Below are positions 51,909 to 61,211 of a DNA stretch of 64,000 nt, in pieces. This DNA comes from an uncultured Elusimicrobia bacterium (lineage in GTDB: Bacteria > Elusimicrobiota > Elusimicrobia > UBA1565 > UBA9628). The stretch lies in NCBI GenBank assembly GCA_964623465.1, contig CAZURZ010000001.1, forward strand, positions 1,660 through 65,659, read 5' to 3'. Position 1 is the stretch's first letter; each line of letters begins with the position of its first letter. The translations under genes and the position numbers were made by a program. The notes beneath the pieces were generated by a model, which was not told where the DNA came from, did not search any database, and saw nothing but the letters and a program-made list of their open reading frames with translations.

Positions 51909-52967
51909 ATGGCCAACATCAAGAAGAGCGAGCTGCTGAAGGAGCAGATCGAGCATTTCGACATCACCAAGCACGACATGCGCCCCGTCGTCGAAGCCTA
52001 CTCGAAGATGGCTTTCTCCGCCCGCGACCTCGCGCGCGCGAGCGAGATCTACGAGAAGATGCTCGCCGACAAGGAGTGCGGCATCATCCTCTGCCTCGCC
52101 GGCTCGCTGTTCTCCGCGGGGCTCAAGAAGATCGTCTGGCAGATGGTCGAGAGCAACATGGTGGACGCGATCGTCTCCACCGGCGCCAACATCGTCGACC
52201 AGGACTTCTTCGAGGCCCTGGGCTTCAAGCACTACAAGGGTTCGAAGTGGCTCGACGACATGGCGCTGCGCGGCGCCCGCGTCGACCGCATCTACGACAC
52301 GCTCATCGACGAGGACGAGCTGGGCGAGTGCGACAACACGATCTCCGACATCATCGGCAACCTCAAGCCGAAGCCGTACTCGTCGCGCGAGATCATCGAG
52401 GAGATGGGCAAGTACCTCGTGAAGAAGTCCAAGGTCAAGGACTCGATCGTGCTTTCCGCCTACAAGAAAGGCGTGCCGATCTTCGTCCCGGCGATGTCCG
52501 ACTGCTCCGCCGGCTTCGGCTTCCTGCACCACCAGTGGCACAACCCCGAGAGCCACGCGTCGATCGACTCGGCGAAGGACTTCCGGGAGCTCGTGCGCGT
52601 CAAGCTGGCCTGCGGCGACACCGGCCTGCTGATGATCGGCGGCGGCGTGCCGAAGAACTTCGCGCAGGACGTCACCGTCGGCGCGGAGATGATCGGCCTC
52701 GAGCCCATCATGCACAAGTACGCGGTGCAGATCACCGTGGCCGACGAGCGCGACGGCGCGCTCTCCGGCTCGACCCTGCGCGAGGCGTGCTCGTGGGGCA
52801 AGGTCGCGGTCACCGACGAGCAGATGGTCTTCTCCGAAGCCACCATCGCGCTCCCGACTCTCGCCTCCTACGGCTATCACAAGGGCAGCTGGAAGAAGCG
52901 CCGCGAGCGCCGCTTCAACGCCCTGCTCAACGACGTCAACGCGAAGATCCCGGCGGCCCTCCGCTAA
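51909..52967 (+). CDS. deoxyhypusine synthase-like protein (possible DHS-type homospermidine synthase)
   Basis: About 352 aa; full-length similarity to the DHS family (GAN(I/M)VD, spermidine/NAD-binding regions); alternative ATG at 51894. Confidence 0.8.
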   Translation: MANIKKSELLKEQIEHFDITKHDMRPVVEAYSKMAFSARDLARASEIYEKMLADKECGIILCLAGSLFSAGLKKIVWQMVESNMVDAIVSTGANIVDQDFFEALGFKHYKGSKWLDDMALRGARVDRIYDTLIDEDELGECDNTISDIIGNLKPKPYSSREIIEEMGKYLVKKSKVKDSIVLSAYKKGVPIFVPAMSDCSAGFGFLHHQWHNPESHASIDSAKDFRELVRVKLACGDTGLLMIGGGVPKNFAQDVTVGAEMIGLEPIMHKYAVQITVADERDGALSGSTLREACSWGKVAVTDEQMVFSEATIALPTLASYGYHKGSWKKRRERRFNALLNDVNAKIPAALR

Positions 52968-52973
52968 GATCCC

Positions 52974-53828
52974 ATGGGTCGGGTCTTCTCCGACCTTCGC
53001 ACCGCCGAATACGGCGCCTCGGGACACCCCGAGGCGCCGTTTCGCGTCTTGCGGACCTTCGAGCGCCTGAAGGCGGCCGGGCACGCCCCCGAGAAGCCCG
53101 CGGTCTCCGCGGGATCAGACGACGTCGCCTTGGCGCACGGTCCCTCGCACCTCGACTCCATAAAGACCGGAACGTTCTCCGATCCGGACACTCCGCGGTT
53201 CAAGGCCATGGACGAGATCGCCCTCATCTCGCTCTCCGGCGCCCTCTCCGCCGCCGACGCCGCCCTGGCCGGCGAGCCCGCGTTCTCCCTGATGCGCCCT
53301 CCCGGCCACCACGCCGGAATGGACAGGGTCGCCGGCTTCTGCTATCTCAACAACATCGCCCTCTCCGCGGCGCGCATCCAGAAGAAGAAGCCCGGCACCA
53401 AGATCCTCATCGTGGACTTCGACGTGCACCACGGCGACGGCACGCAGTCGCTGGTGCTCGGGCGGGCGGACACGCAGTTCCTCTCCCTGCACCAGTTCCC
53501 CCTCTATCCGGGCACCGGCCTCGACACGCGCGCCAACTGCGCCAACATCCCGCTGGAGGCCGGAACCGACGGCGACGCCTGGCTGTCCGCCTTCGAGCCG
53601 GCCTTCGACGTCCTCCTGCGCGACAAGCCCGACGTGCTCGCCGTCTCCGCCGGCTTCGACGCGTATAAAGGAGATCCCATCGCCGGCCTCAAGCTCGACA
53701 AGGGCACGTTCAAGCGCATCGGGTCGCTTCTCGCCCAGACCAAGCTCCCGCGCTTCGCCGCGCTCGAAGGCGGCTACTCCGAGGATCTGCCGATCCTCGT
53801 CGAGAGCTTCCTCGATGGCTTCTTTTAG
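52974..53828 (+). CDS. histone deacetylase-superfamily enzyme (acetylpolyamine amidohydrolase/AcuC-like)
   Basis: 284 aa; DFDVHHGDGTQ and PPGHHA motifs of the arginase/deacetylase fold. Confidence 0.8.
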   Translation: MGRVFSDLRTAEYGASGHPEAPFRVLRTFERLKAAGHAPEKPAVSAGSDDVALAHGPSHLDSIKTGTFSDPDTPRFKAMDEIALISLSGALSAADAALAGEPAFSLMRPPGHHAGMDRVAGFCYLNNIALSAARIQKKKPGTKILIVDFDVHHGDGTQSLVLGRADTQFLSLHQFPLYPGTGLDTRANCANIPLEAGTDGDAWLSAFEPAFDVLLRDKPDVLAVSAGFDAYKGDPIAGLKLDKGTFKRIGSLLAQTKLPRFAALEGGYSEDLPILVESFLDGFF

Positions 53829-53915
53829 GTGTCAGACCTCCCACTTTCCCGCTTTTCACCGCAGAATTGCCCTTGTTAAAAAGCGGGAAAGTGGGAGGTC
53901 TGACACCAATCGTCT
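53829..53915 (+). repeat. perfect 29-bp inverted repeat (stem-loop, 22-nt loop)
   Basis: GGTGTCAGACCTCCCACTTTCCCGCTTTT ... AAAAGCGGGAAAGTGGGAGGTCTGACACC are exact reverse complements. Confidence 0.8.
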
Positions 53916-53933
53916 TTTAGCTAGAATCATCGC

Positions 53934-54977
53934 ATGCTCGACTTCGACCCCAACTCGGCCCCCGACGAGGACAGCGGCGTCTTCGGTCTCCCTCACCAGG
54001 AGAAGGACGCGGCCCTAGTGCTCGTGCCGGTGCCGTGGGAGGCGACCACGTCCTACGGCGGCGGGACCTCGAACGGCCCCCGGGCCATCCTCGAAGCGAG
54101 CGGCCAGATCGATCTTTTCGACGGCGAGGTGCACAAGCCTTACGAGCCCGGGATCTTCATGAGGCCGGAATCGAAGGATGTGCGCGCCTGGAACAAGAAG
54201 GCCAAGGCCGAAGCGCAAAAAATCATAGCCAAGGGCGGGCGGGTAGACGGGAACCGGAAGCTGCAGGCCTCGTTGAAGACGGTCAACGAGCTCAGCGAGA
54301 CGTTGAACGACTGGGTGTACGCGCAGACCAAGGAGCTCCAGGCCGCCGGCAAGATCGTCGGCCTGGTGGGCGGCGATCACAGCGTTCCATTGGGAGCGTT
54401 TAAGGCCGCGGCTGAACGTCATGGGGCCTTTGGCCTTTTGCATTTCGACGCGCACTCCGACACCCGCGACGCCTACGAAGGCTTCGTCTACTCGCACGCC
54501 TCGATCATGCGCAACGCGCTGGACCGGATCCCGAAGATCGAGAAGATCGTCCAGGTCGGCATCCGCGACTACTGCGAGCAGGAGCAGGCGTATATCGACC
54601 GTCTCGGCCCGCGCGCGAAGGTCTTCTTCGACCGCGACCTGGCCCGCGCCCGCTTCGAGGGGCGTCCCTGGAGCGAGACGGTGGACGAGATCGTGAACGC
54701 CCTGCCCGAAAAGGTCTGGATCACCTTCGACATCGACGGCCTCGACCCGCAGTTGTGCCCGAGCACGGGAACGCCCGTTCCCGGGGGTCTCCAGTTCAAC
54801 GAAGCCGTGTACCTCCTCGGCCGCGTCGCCCGCTCCGGACGGACCATCCTCGGTTTCGACCTCGTCGAGGTCGCGCCCGGCCCCACCGAGTGGGACGCCA
54901 ACGTCGCCATGCGCCTGCTCTACAAGCTGTGCGCCTGGACGATGGTCAGCCGCGGCCTGCGCTCGACCCGCGAATGA
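53934..54977 (+). CDS. speB: agmatinase / ureohydrolase (arginase family)
   Basis: 347 aa; GGDHSV, DAHSD and DIDGLDP manganese-binding motifs. Confidence 0.8.
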   Translation: MLDFDPNSAPDEDSGVFGLPHQEKDAALVLVPVPWEATTSYGGGTSNGPRAILEASGQIDLFDGEVHKPYEPGIFMRPESKDVRAWNKKAKAEAQKIIAKGGRVDGNRKLQASLKTVNELSETLNDWVYAQTKELQAAGKIVGLVGGDHSVPLGAFKAAAERHGAFGLLHFDAHSDTRDAYEGFVYSHASIMRNALDRIPKIEKIVQVGIRDYCEQEQAYIDRLGPRAKVFFDRDLARARFEGRPWSETVDEIVNALPEKVWITFDIDGLDPQLCPSTGTPVPGGLQFNEAVYLLGRVARSGRTILGFDLVEVAPGPTEWDANVAMRLLYKLCAWTMVSRGLRSTRE

Positions 54978-56065
54978 CGATCCTCGTGGTCATGGGCACG
55001 CGGCCCGAGGCCATCAAGCTCGCCCCCGTCGTCGCCGCGCTGCGCCGCCGCCGCCTGAAGACCGCCGTCTGCGCCACCGGCCAGCACCGCGAGCTGCTCG
55101 CGGGGGCTCTGCGTCCGTTCCGTCTCGAACCCGACGTGGATCTGCGCCTCATGCGCCGCGGACAGACGCCGGACCAGGTCGCGCGGCGCACGCTCGCCGC
55201 CATGAAGCCCGTCCTGAAGCGCATCAAGCCCGCTCTCGTCGTCGTCCAGGGCGACACCACGACGGCGGCGGCCGCCGCCGTCGCGGCGAGCGAGGCGGGA
55301 GTCCCTGTCGCCCACGTCGAGGCGGGGCTGCGCACCTTCGACCGGAACGATCCTTTCCCCGAGGAGCGCAATCGTGTGCTCATCGACTCGATCGCCTCGG
55401 TTCTCTTCCCCCCCACCCGAGTCGCGAGCGCGAACCTGCGCCGCGAGCGCCTAAGCGGACGCGCCGTCCATGTGACCGGCAACACGGTCGTCGACGCCCT
55501 GCGCGCCCTGAAGCCGCCGCGAGGCTCCTCCAACGAAGTCCTGGTCACCCTTCATAGACGAGAGCTGCACGGCCGCCCGCTCGCGGGCCTGTGCGCGGCG
55601 CTCGCGCGCCTGGCCGGCCGTCACCCGGAGACGGCCTTCGTGTATCCGGTGCATCCCAACCCCGCCGTGGACCGGGTCGCGCGGCGCCTGCGCCGTTCGC
55701 GGGTCCGCCTGGTCCCTCCGCTTCCCTACCCCGAGCTGCTGGCCCTGCTCGCACGCTGCCGCTTCGTCGTCACCGACTCGGGCGGCGTCCAGGAGGAGGC
55801 CGCGACTCTCGGGAAACCCGTGCTCATCGTCCGCCGGCGCACCGAGCGCCCCGAGATCATCGCCGCCGGAGCCGGCCGGCTCGTCGGCCTGGACCCCCGC
55901 CGTCTCGAGCGCGAAGCCGGCCGCCTGCTCGCCGACCCGCGCCTGCTGAGGCGGATGTCCCGGGGACGCGGCCTCTACGGCGACGGCCGCGCGGCGGAGC
56001 GCGTCGCCGCCGGGATCGCCCACTGGCTCGGACGGGGCCCCGCCCCGAAGGACTGGAGACCATGA
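54974..56065 (+). CDS. wecB: UDP-N-acetylglucosamine 2-epimerase (non-hydrolysing)
   Basis: 363 aa; ILVVMGTRPEAIKLAPV and HVEAGLRT motifs. Confidence 0.85.
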   Translation: MTILVVMGTRPEAIKLAPVVAALRRRRLKTAVCATGQHRELLAGALRPFRLEPDVDLRLMRRGQTPDQVARRTLAAMKPVLKRIKPALVVVQGDTTTAAAAAVAASEAGVPVAHVEAGLRTFDRNDPFPEERNRVLIDSIASVLFPPTRVASANLRRERLSGRAVHVTGNTVVDALRALKPPRGSSNEVLVTLHRRELHGRPLAGLCAALARLAGRHPETAFVYPVHPNPAVDRVARRLRRSRVRLVPPLPYPELLALLARCRFVVTDSGGVQEEAATLGKPVLIVRRRTERPEIIAAGAGRLVGLDPRRLEREAGRLLADPRLLRRMSRGRGLYGDGRAAERVAAGIAHWLGRGPAPKDWRP

Positions 56066-57156
56066 CCCATATCCTGCACGTCGTCGGCGCCCGCCCCAAT
56101 TTCGTGAAGGCCGCGCCCGTGATCCGCGCGCTCGCCGCCCGCAAAGGCGTGCGGCAGACCTTGGTGCACACGGGCCAGCACTACGACGCCAATATGTCCG
56201 ACGTGTTCTTCGTCCAGCTCGGCGTGCCCGCGCCCGACGTCTCGCTCGGCGTCGGCTCCGGCACGCACGCGGCCCAGACCGCACAGGTCCTGGCCGGCTT
56301 GGAGCCCGTCCTACTCGACAAGAAGCCCGACGCCGTCGTCGTCTACGGAGACGTGAACTCGACCGTCGCCGCCGCCCTGGCCGCGGCCAAGCTCAGGATC
56401 CCCCTCGCCCACGTCGAGGCCGGCCTGCGTTCCGGGGATCGGGACATGCCCGAGGAGCTCAACCGCCTGGTGACCGACCAGCTCGCCGACCTTCTGCTCA
56501 CGCCCTCGAAGGACGCGGACCGCAATCTCGCGCGGGAGGGGATTCCCGCGTCCCGCGTCCGCTTCGTCGGCAACGCGATGATCGACACCTTGATCCGCCT
56601 CCTGCCCGCGGCGAAGCGCCCGGCGTCTCCCCGCCTCGACGGCCCGTACGTGCTCGCCACGATCCACCGCCCCGCGAACACCGACCAGCCCGCGGCCCTT
56701 CTGAAGCTGATGCGTTCTCTCGCCCGAATCGCCCGGACGGCGACGGTGGTTCTTCCCCTCCACCCGCGCACGCGCAAGCGCCTCGACGACGCAGGCTGGA
56801 AGGCCCCCGCGGGACTGGTCCTGACGGAGCCGCTCGGCTACCTCGAGTTCCTCGCTCTCCAGCGGGACGCCGCGCTGGTGATCACCGACTCCGGAGGCAT
56901 CCAGGAGGAGACCACCTACCTGGGAGTTCCGTGCCTGACCGTGCGCACGACCACCGAGCGGCCGGTGACCGTCACGCACGGAACCAACCGCCTGATCAAG
57001 GATCCGGCGTCTTTGGCCGAGGCCGCCGCCGCCGCTTTGAAGAAGAAGCGCGGCAAGAGCGTTCCGCCGAAGCTCTGGGACGGAAAGGCCGGCGAGCGGA
57101 TCGCCTCGGCCGTGCTGGCCCTGGCTCAGCGGCGCGCGGCCAAGACCGCGTCGTAA
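56062..57156 (+). CDS. UDP-N-acetylglucosamine 2-epimerase paralog
   Basis: 364 aa; ILHVVGARPNFVKAAPV and HVEAGLRS motifs; tandem with the first copy and ATGA-coupled. Confidence 0.85.
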   Translation: MTHILHVVGARPNFVKAAPVIRALAARKGVRQTLVHTGQHYDANMSDVFFVQLGVPAPDVSLGVGSGTHAAQTAQVLAGLEPVLLDKKPDAVVVYGDVNSTVAAALAAAKLRIPLAHVEAGLRSGDRDMPEELNRLVTDQLADLLLTPSKDADRNLAREGIPASRVRFVGNAMIDTLIRLLPAAKRPASPRLDGPYVLATIHRPANTDQPAALLKLMRSLARIARTATVVLPLHPRTRKRLDDAGWKAPAGLVLTEPLGYLEFLALQRDAALVITDSGGIQEETTYLGVPCLTVRTTTERPVTVTHGTNRLIKDPASLAEAAAAALKKKRGKSVPPKLWDGKAGERIASAVLALAQRRAAKTAS

Positions 57157-58243
57157 GCCGCGACGACCTGGCCGGCGGCGCGCTCCCAGGAGAAATCCTT
57201 GCAGCGCGCGAATCCCCTCTCGCGGCAGCGCGCGCGCAGCGCCTCGTCGAAGGCGATCGCCTCCATCCCGCGCGCGAGATCCTCGGCCGTCGCGTCGACG
57301 TGCACGCCCGCGTCCGCCACGATCTCGGTCTGGGCGCCGCCGCGCGCGGCCACGGTCGGAATTCCGCAGGCCATGGCCTCGATCAAGGGCAGGTGAAAGC
57401 CCTCGAGAGACGAGGCGGACACGTAGGCCGCGGCCTTCTGATAGTACGTGTGGACGTCCTTCTGGGCGACGTTGCCGGCGAAGGTCACCGCCTCCGAGAG
57501 GCCCGCGTCGCAGAGCAGCCTCTCCAGGATCTCCTGCTCGTCTCCGGGCGCGCCGCAGATCACGAAGCGGTGCGGGGCCTCAGGGCGCTTCTTCTTGAAG
57601 CGGATGAAGCCCTCCATGAGGATCTTCGTGTTCTTCGTCGAGCGCGTGACTCCCACGAACAGGAAGTACGGAGCGGCCTTCGGGTCGCGCGGCGAGTCGT
57701 CGGGCTTGAAGCCGTCGAGCGGGGCGCCGTAGTAGACCACGTCGATCTTGTCCGGTGAAACGCCGAAGTCGCGCACGGCCGCGTCCTTGGCCGTGCCGGA
57801 AATGGAAAGAATCTTGTCGGCCTGGCGCACGGAACGGGGCAGGAGGCGGTTGAAGTAAAACTCGTCCCAGGCCGAAAAGGCGGTGTGCTCGGCGTAGGCC
57901 AGGGTCATGACCGACGCAAGCCTGTCCAGGCGCGGGATCCAATTGGAGAACCCGTGAACGAGGTCGACGCCCATATCGAGCAGCTTCTTCTCCTGCCAGC
58001 GCAGGCCGAGGAACTCCTCCGCCGGAAGCAGGAGCTTCTGCGGCGCCTTCAAATGAAGCGCGGTGAAGTTCTTCTGCTTCGGCAGGTCGAGTTCGGCGAG
58101 GCGCTCGGGCCGGCTCCAGAAGGCGCCGTAGAGGATATATTCGTTCCTGGCGTCCTCTTTCGCCAGCGCGCGGACGATCATTTCCGTATACCGCCGGAAC
58201 CCCCCTCCCGCGAGGGCCCCGGAGATCTCGAGGGCGATCCTCA
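57126..58243 (-). CDS. glycosyltransferase family 4 (GT-B fold)
   Basis: 372 aa; C-terminal EGFHLPLIEAMACGIPTV GT1/GT4 motif; start ATG at 58241-58243. Confidence 0.8.
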
Positions 58244-59167
58244 TTTCGCGACGCGCGCGCGGTACCAGGCCACGGTGCGCCACAGGCCGCGCTCGAGGTC
58301 GACCTTCGGACGCCAGCCGGCATGCAGGCGCGCCAAAGTCCCGTCGGCTCGCCGGCGCGACGTCTTGTCCCAGCCGCGGCGCGGGGTGAAGACGACCTTC
58401 ACCCGCTTGCCGCAGGCCTCCTGGACCAGCTCGGCCAGGCGCTTGATCGACGTCTCCTTGCCGGTGCCGAGCTGGTAGACGCGCGGCCCCAAGGTCTTCT
58501 TCGAGCGGGCGACGGCGATCGTTCCGGCGACGATGTCGTCGACGTAGGTGAAGTCGCGAGTCTCCTTCCCGTCGCCGGTGATGGTCAACGGCTCGCCCGC
58601 GAGCACCTTCTCGATCCAATTCACGATCACGTTGCGGTAGCGTCCCGGCCACTCCCCGGGCCCGTAGCAGTTGTAGTAGCGCACGGTGCGGACCGGAACG
58701 GCCCCGATCCTGCGGTAGTAGCGGGCATACAGCTCGCCGGTGAACTTCGAGGCCATGTACGGGGTGCTGAAGCCCTCGACGAGGCCGGCGTCCAGGTCCC
58801 CGGTCAGGGACGAGGTCGAGGCGAACAGGAAGGACTTGAGGCCGCGGATCTTTGCCGCGCCCTCGAGCATCAGCACGGTGCCGAGCGCGTTGGCGCGGAA
58901 ATCGTCCACGGGATGGTCGCAGGAATTCTGGTTGGCGAAGAAAGCCGCCAGATGATAGATCTCGTCGTAGCCGCGCCTGAGGACCCTGGCGACGGTCTCC
59001 GCGTCCCCGACGCTCCCCTTCACGAACTCGACGCCGCGCGGAAGATTCTCGCGGCGGCCGGAGGTCAGGTTGTCGAGGACGACGACGCGGCTCCCTTCGC
59101 GGACGAGCGCGGAGACGAGGTTTCCCCCGATCGCTCCCGCGCCGCCCGTGACGAGAATCCGCTTCAT
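58241..59167 (-). CDS. NAD-dependent nucleotide-sugar epimerase/dehydratase
   Basis: 308 aa; ILVTGGAGAIG Rossmann motif and the YxxxK region. Confidence 0.85.
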   Translation of the reverse strand: MKRILVTGGAGAIGGNLVSALVREGSRVVVLDNLTSGRRENLPRGVEFVKGSVGDAETVARVLRRGYDEIYHLAAFFANQNSCDHPVDDFRANALGTVLMLEGAAKIRGLKSFLFASTSSLTGDLDAGLVEGFSTPYMASKFTGELYARYYRRIGAVPVRTVRYYNCYGPGEWPGRYRNVIVNWIEKVLAGEPLTITGDGKETRDFTYVDDIVAGTIAVARSKKTLGPRVYQLGTGKETSIKRLAELVQEACGKRVKVVFTPRRGWDKTSRRRADGTLARLHAGWRPKVDLERGLWRTVAWYRARVAK

Positions 59168-59616
59168 TTAACGCCGGCCGCGCCTCTGCATGCGCTCGCC
59201 GCGGTTCTCGCGGCGCTCGCCCCGGCGCTCGGCCCGCTCGCCGCGGCGCTCGCGGCGCTCGCCCTGGCGCTCCATGCGCTCGCCGCGCTTCTCGCGCCGC
59301 TCCCCGCGCGACTCCATCTTGTCGGCCGCGGCGCCGACCCGCTCGGCGGCGCGCTCGTTCCCCTTCTCCTCGAGCCGCTCCGCCTTGCCCTCGAGCTTGT
59401 CGGCTCGCTCCTGCATGTTCTCGCCCTGCTCCTGCAGCTTCTCTCCGCGCTCCTGGCGCCGCTCGCCCTGGCGCTGCCTGCGCTCGCCGCGGTTCTGCAT
59501 CTTCTCGCCCTGGTTCTCGACGCGCTCTCCGCGCGTCGGGGCCGGGGCCTCGCCCTCGGCGCGCGCGCCGGGCGCGGACAGCAGAAGAACCGCCGCCAGC
59601 ATGGAATTCTTGATCA
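59168..59616 (-). CDS. secreted tandem-repeat protein (RGERRE-type repeats)
   Basis: ATG with an AAGGAGAG ribosome-binding site; signal peptide; body made of about 15 degenerate RGER(R/M)E(R/K)(R/Q)GE repeats mirrored by short nucleotide tandem repeats. Confidence 0.5.
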
Positions 59617-59637
59617 TGGCACTCTCCTTAATACGGG

Positions 59638-60987
59638 TCATATCCGCTCGAAGTAACGGCCGCGCTCCCAATCCGTGACCGCGCGGTCGTAGGCCGCCTG
59701 CTCGGCCTTGGCGGCGTGCAGGTAGTGGGCGTGGACTTCAGGTCCGAAGGCCGTCTTGGCCGCGTCCGACTTCTCGAACAGGGCGATCGCCTCATGCAGG
59801 GTCTTGGGCACCGGGGAGACCTTGGACTTGTACGCGTCGCCCACGAACTCGGCCGGCGGTTCGATCCTCTTCTCGATCCCGTGCAGGCCGGCGGCGATCA
59901 CCGCGGCGAAAGCGAGATAGGGATTCGCATCGGCTCCGGGGATGCGGTTCTCGATGCGCAGGGAGTTCCCCTCCCCCACCACGCGGAAGCCGCACGTGCG
60001 GTTGTCCCGCGCCCAGGCGATGCGCGTCGGCGCGAAGGTCGCGGATTGATACCTTTTATAGGAGTTCACGGTCGGCGCGAATAGCACGGAAAATTCGCGA
60101 GCGAGCGTCATCATCCCGCCAAGGAACCATTTAAATTCTTTTGTGGGTTTTCCCCCCGCCGAGAATACCGAGCGCTTTCCGCTCCTGTCCCACAAGCTCG
60201 CGTGAATGTGGCACGAGGAGCCGGCGAGCTTGTCGCTGTACTTGGCCATGAAGGTCAGCGACGCGCCCTTCTGCATCGCGATCTCTTTGGCGCCGTGCTT
60301 GTAGAGGGTGTGCAGGTCGGCCATGCGCACGGGATCGGCGTACTCGAGATTGATCTCGTGCTGGCCGGGGCCCCACTCTCCCTTGGAGTTCTCGACCGGC
60401 ACGCCCGAGTCCTCCATCAGGTCGCGGATCGCGCCGACGACCGGCTCTTCGCGCGTGCCCTGGAGGATGTGATAGTCCTCGATGTAGGTTCCGTAATGCT
60501 CGAGACCGGTCCAGTTCTTCTTCTGCGCGCTCTCGTACGTTTCACGCAGCAGGTAGAACTCGAGCTCGGAGGCCATCTTGAGCGACCACCCCTTGGCGGC
60601 GGCGCGCGCGACCTGGTCCTTGAGCATCTGGCGCGGCGCGACCTTCACGGTCTTCTCGTGCGCCGCGTCCATCACGTCGGCCACGACGAGCGCCGTGCCC
60701 GGCAGCCAGGCCGTCTTCCACCAGGCGCCCAGGTCGGGCACGAGCGCGAAATCCTGATAGCCCTTGTCCCAGCTCGTCAGCGCGAAACCGGGCACGGGAT
60801 CCATCTCCATGTCGACGGTGAGCAGGTATGCGCAGGCGTGGGTGCCGTGGTCGGCCACCGCCTTGGCGAAGTGCCGCCCGGTGAAGCGTTTTCCGATCCA
60901 GCGGCCCTGCATGTCGGGCATCGCCAGGATGACGGTGCGGATTTCCCCCTTCTTGATGAGGGAAAGAAGCGAAGACGCGTTGGCCAT
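59638..60987 (-). CDS. glutamine synthetase-family enzyme (GlnA / gamma-glutamyl-amine ligase type)
   Basis: 449 aa; beta-grasp N-domain plus a catalytic domain carrying GS motifs. Confidence 0.8.
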   Translation of the reverse strand: MANASSLLSLIKKGEIRTVILAMPDMQGRWIGKRFTGRHFAKAVADHGTHACAYLLTVDMEMDPVPGFALTSWDKGYQDFALVPDLGAWWKTAWLPGTALVVADVMDAAHEKTVKVAPRQMLKDQVARAAAKGWSLKMASELEFYLLRETYESAQKKNWTGLEHYGTYIEDYHILQGTREEPVVGAIRDLMEDSGVPVENSKGEWGPGQHEINLEYADPVRMADLHTLYKHGAKEIAMQKGASLTFMAKYSDKLAGSSCHIHASLWDRSGKRSVFSAGGKPTKEFKWFLGGMMTLAREFSVLFAPTVNSYKRYQSATFAPTRIAWARDNRTCGFRVVGEGNSLRIENRIPGADANPYLAFAAVIAAGLHGIEKRIEPPAEFVGDAYKSKVSPVPKTLHEAIALFEKSDAAKTAFGPEVHAHYLHAAKAEQAAYDRAVTDWERGRYFERI

Positions 60988-61116
60988 GGGTCGAAGTGTA
61001 AGATAAAAGCGCAATCGTGTCCAGGCCGGGGACGGGCAAAAACGGCTAATATACTTAACAACGCTTAACAACACTGAACAATCTAATATGATATAATATA
61101 ACAATAATGACGAGAC

Positions 61117-61145
61117 TTGACAACTTTTCGGTACTTTGGTAGTAT
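61117..61145 (+). promoter_or_regulatory. sigma70-type promoter of parAB (TTGACA -17 bp- TAGTAT)
   Basis: Consensus -35 hexamer, 17-bp spacer and a good -10 inside the AT-rich intergenic region. Confidence 0.5.
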
Positions 61146-61155
61146 CAATTCGTCG

Positions 61156-61208
61156 AGTTTTCACGTGTAAATTCGACCAATGACTTGACTTGTTTTCACG
61201 TGTAAACA
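61156..61208 (+). promoter_or_regulatory. two parS-like near-palindromic sites (GTTTTCACGTGTAAA / TGTTTTCACGTGTAAACA)
   Basis: CACGTG core with TGTTT/AAACA flanks resembling the canonical parS TGTTTCACGTGAAACA but carrying one extra base pair per half-site; located in the parA leader. Confidence 0.5.
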
Positions 61209-61211
61209 CCA

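Noticed and set aside
60988-61211. oriC with DnaA boxes
   Set aside because: The region is AT-rich and next to parAB, but no TTATCCACA/TGTGGATAA-like boxes and no dnaA gene are visible in this window
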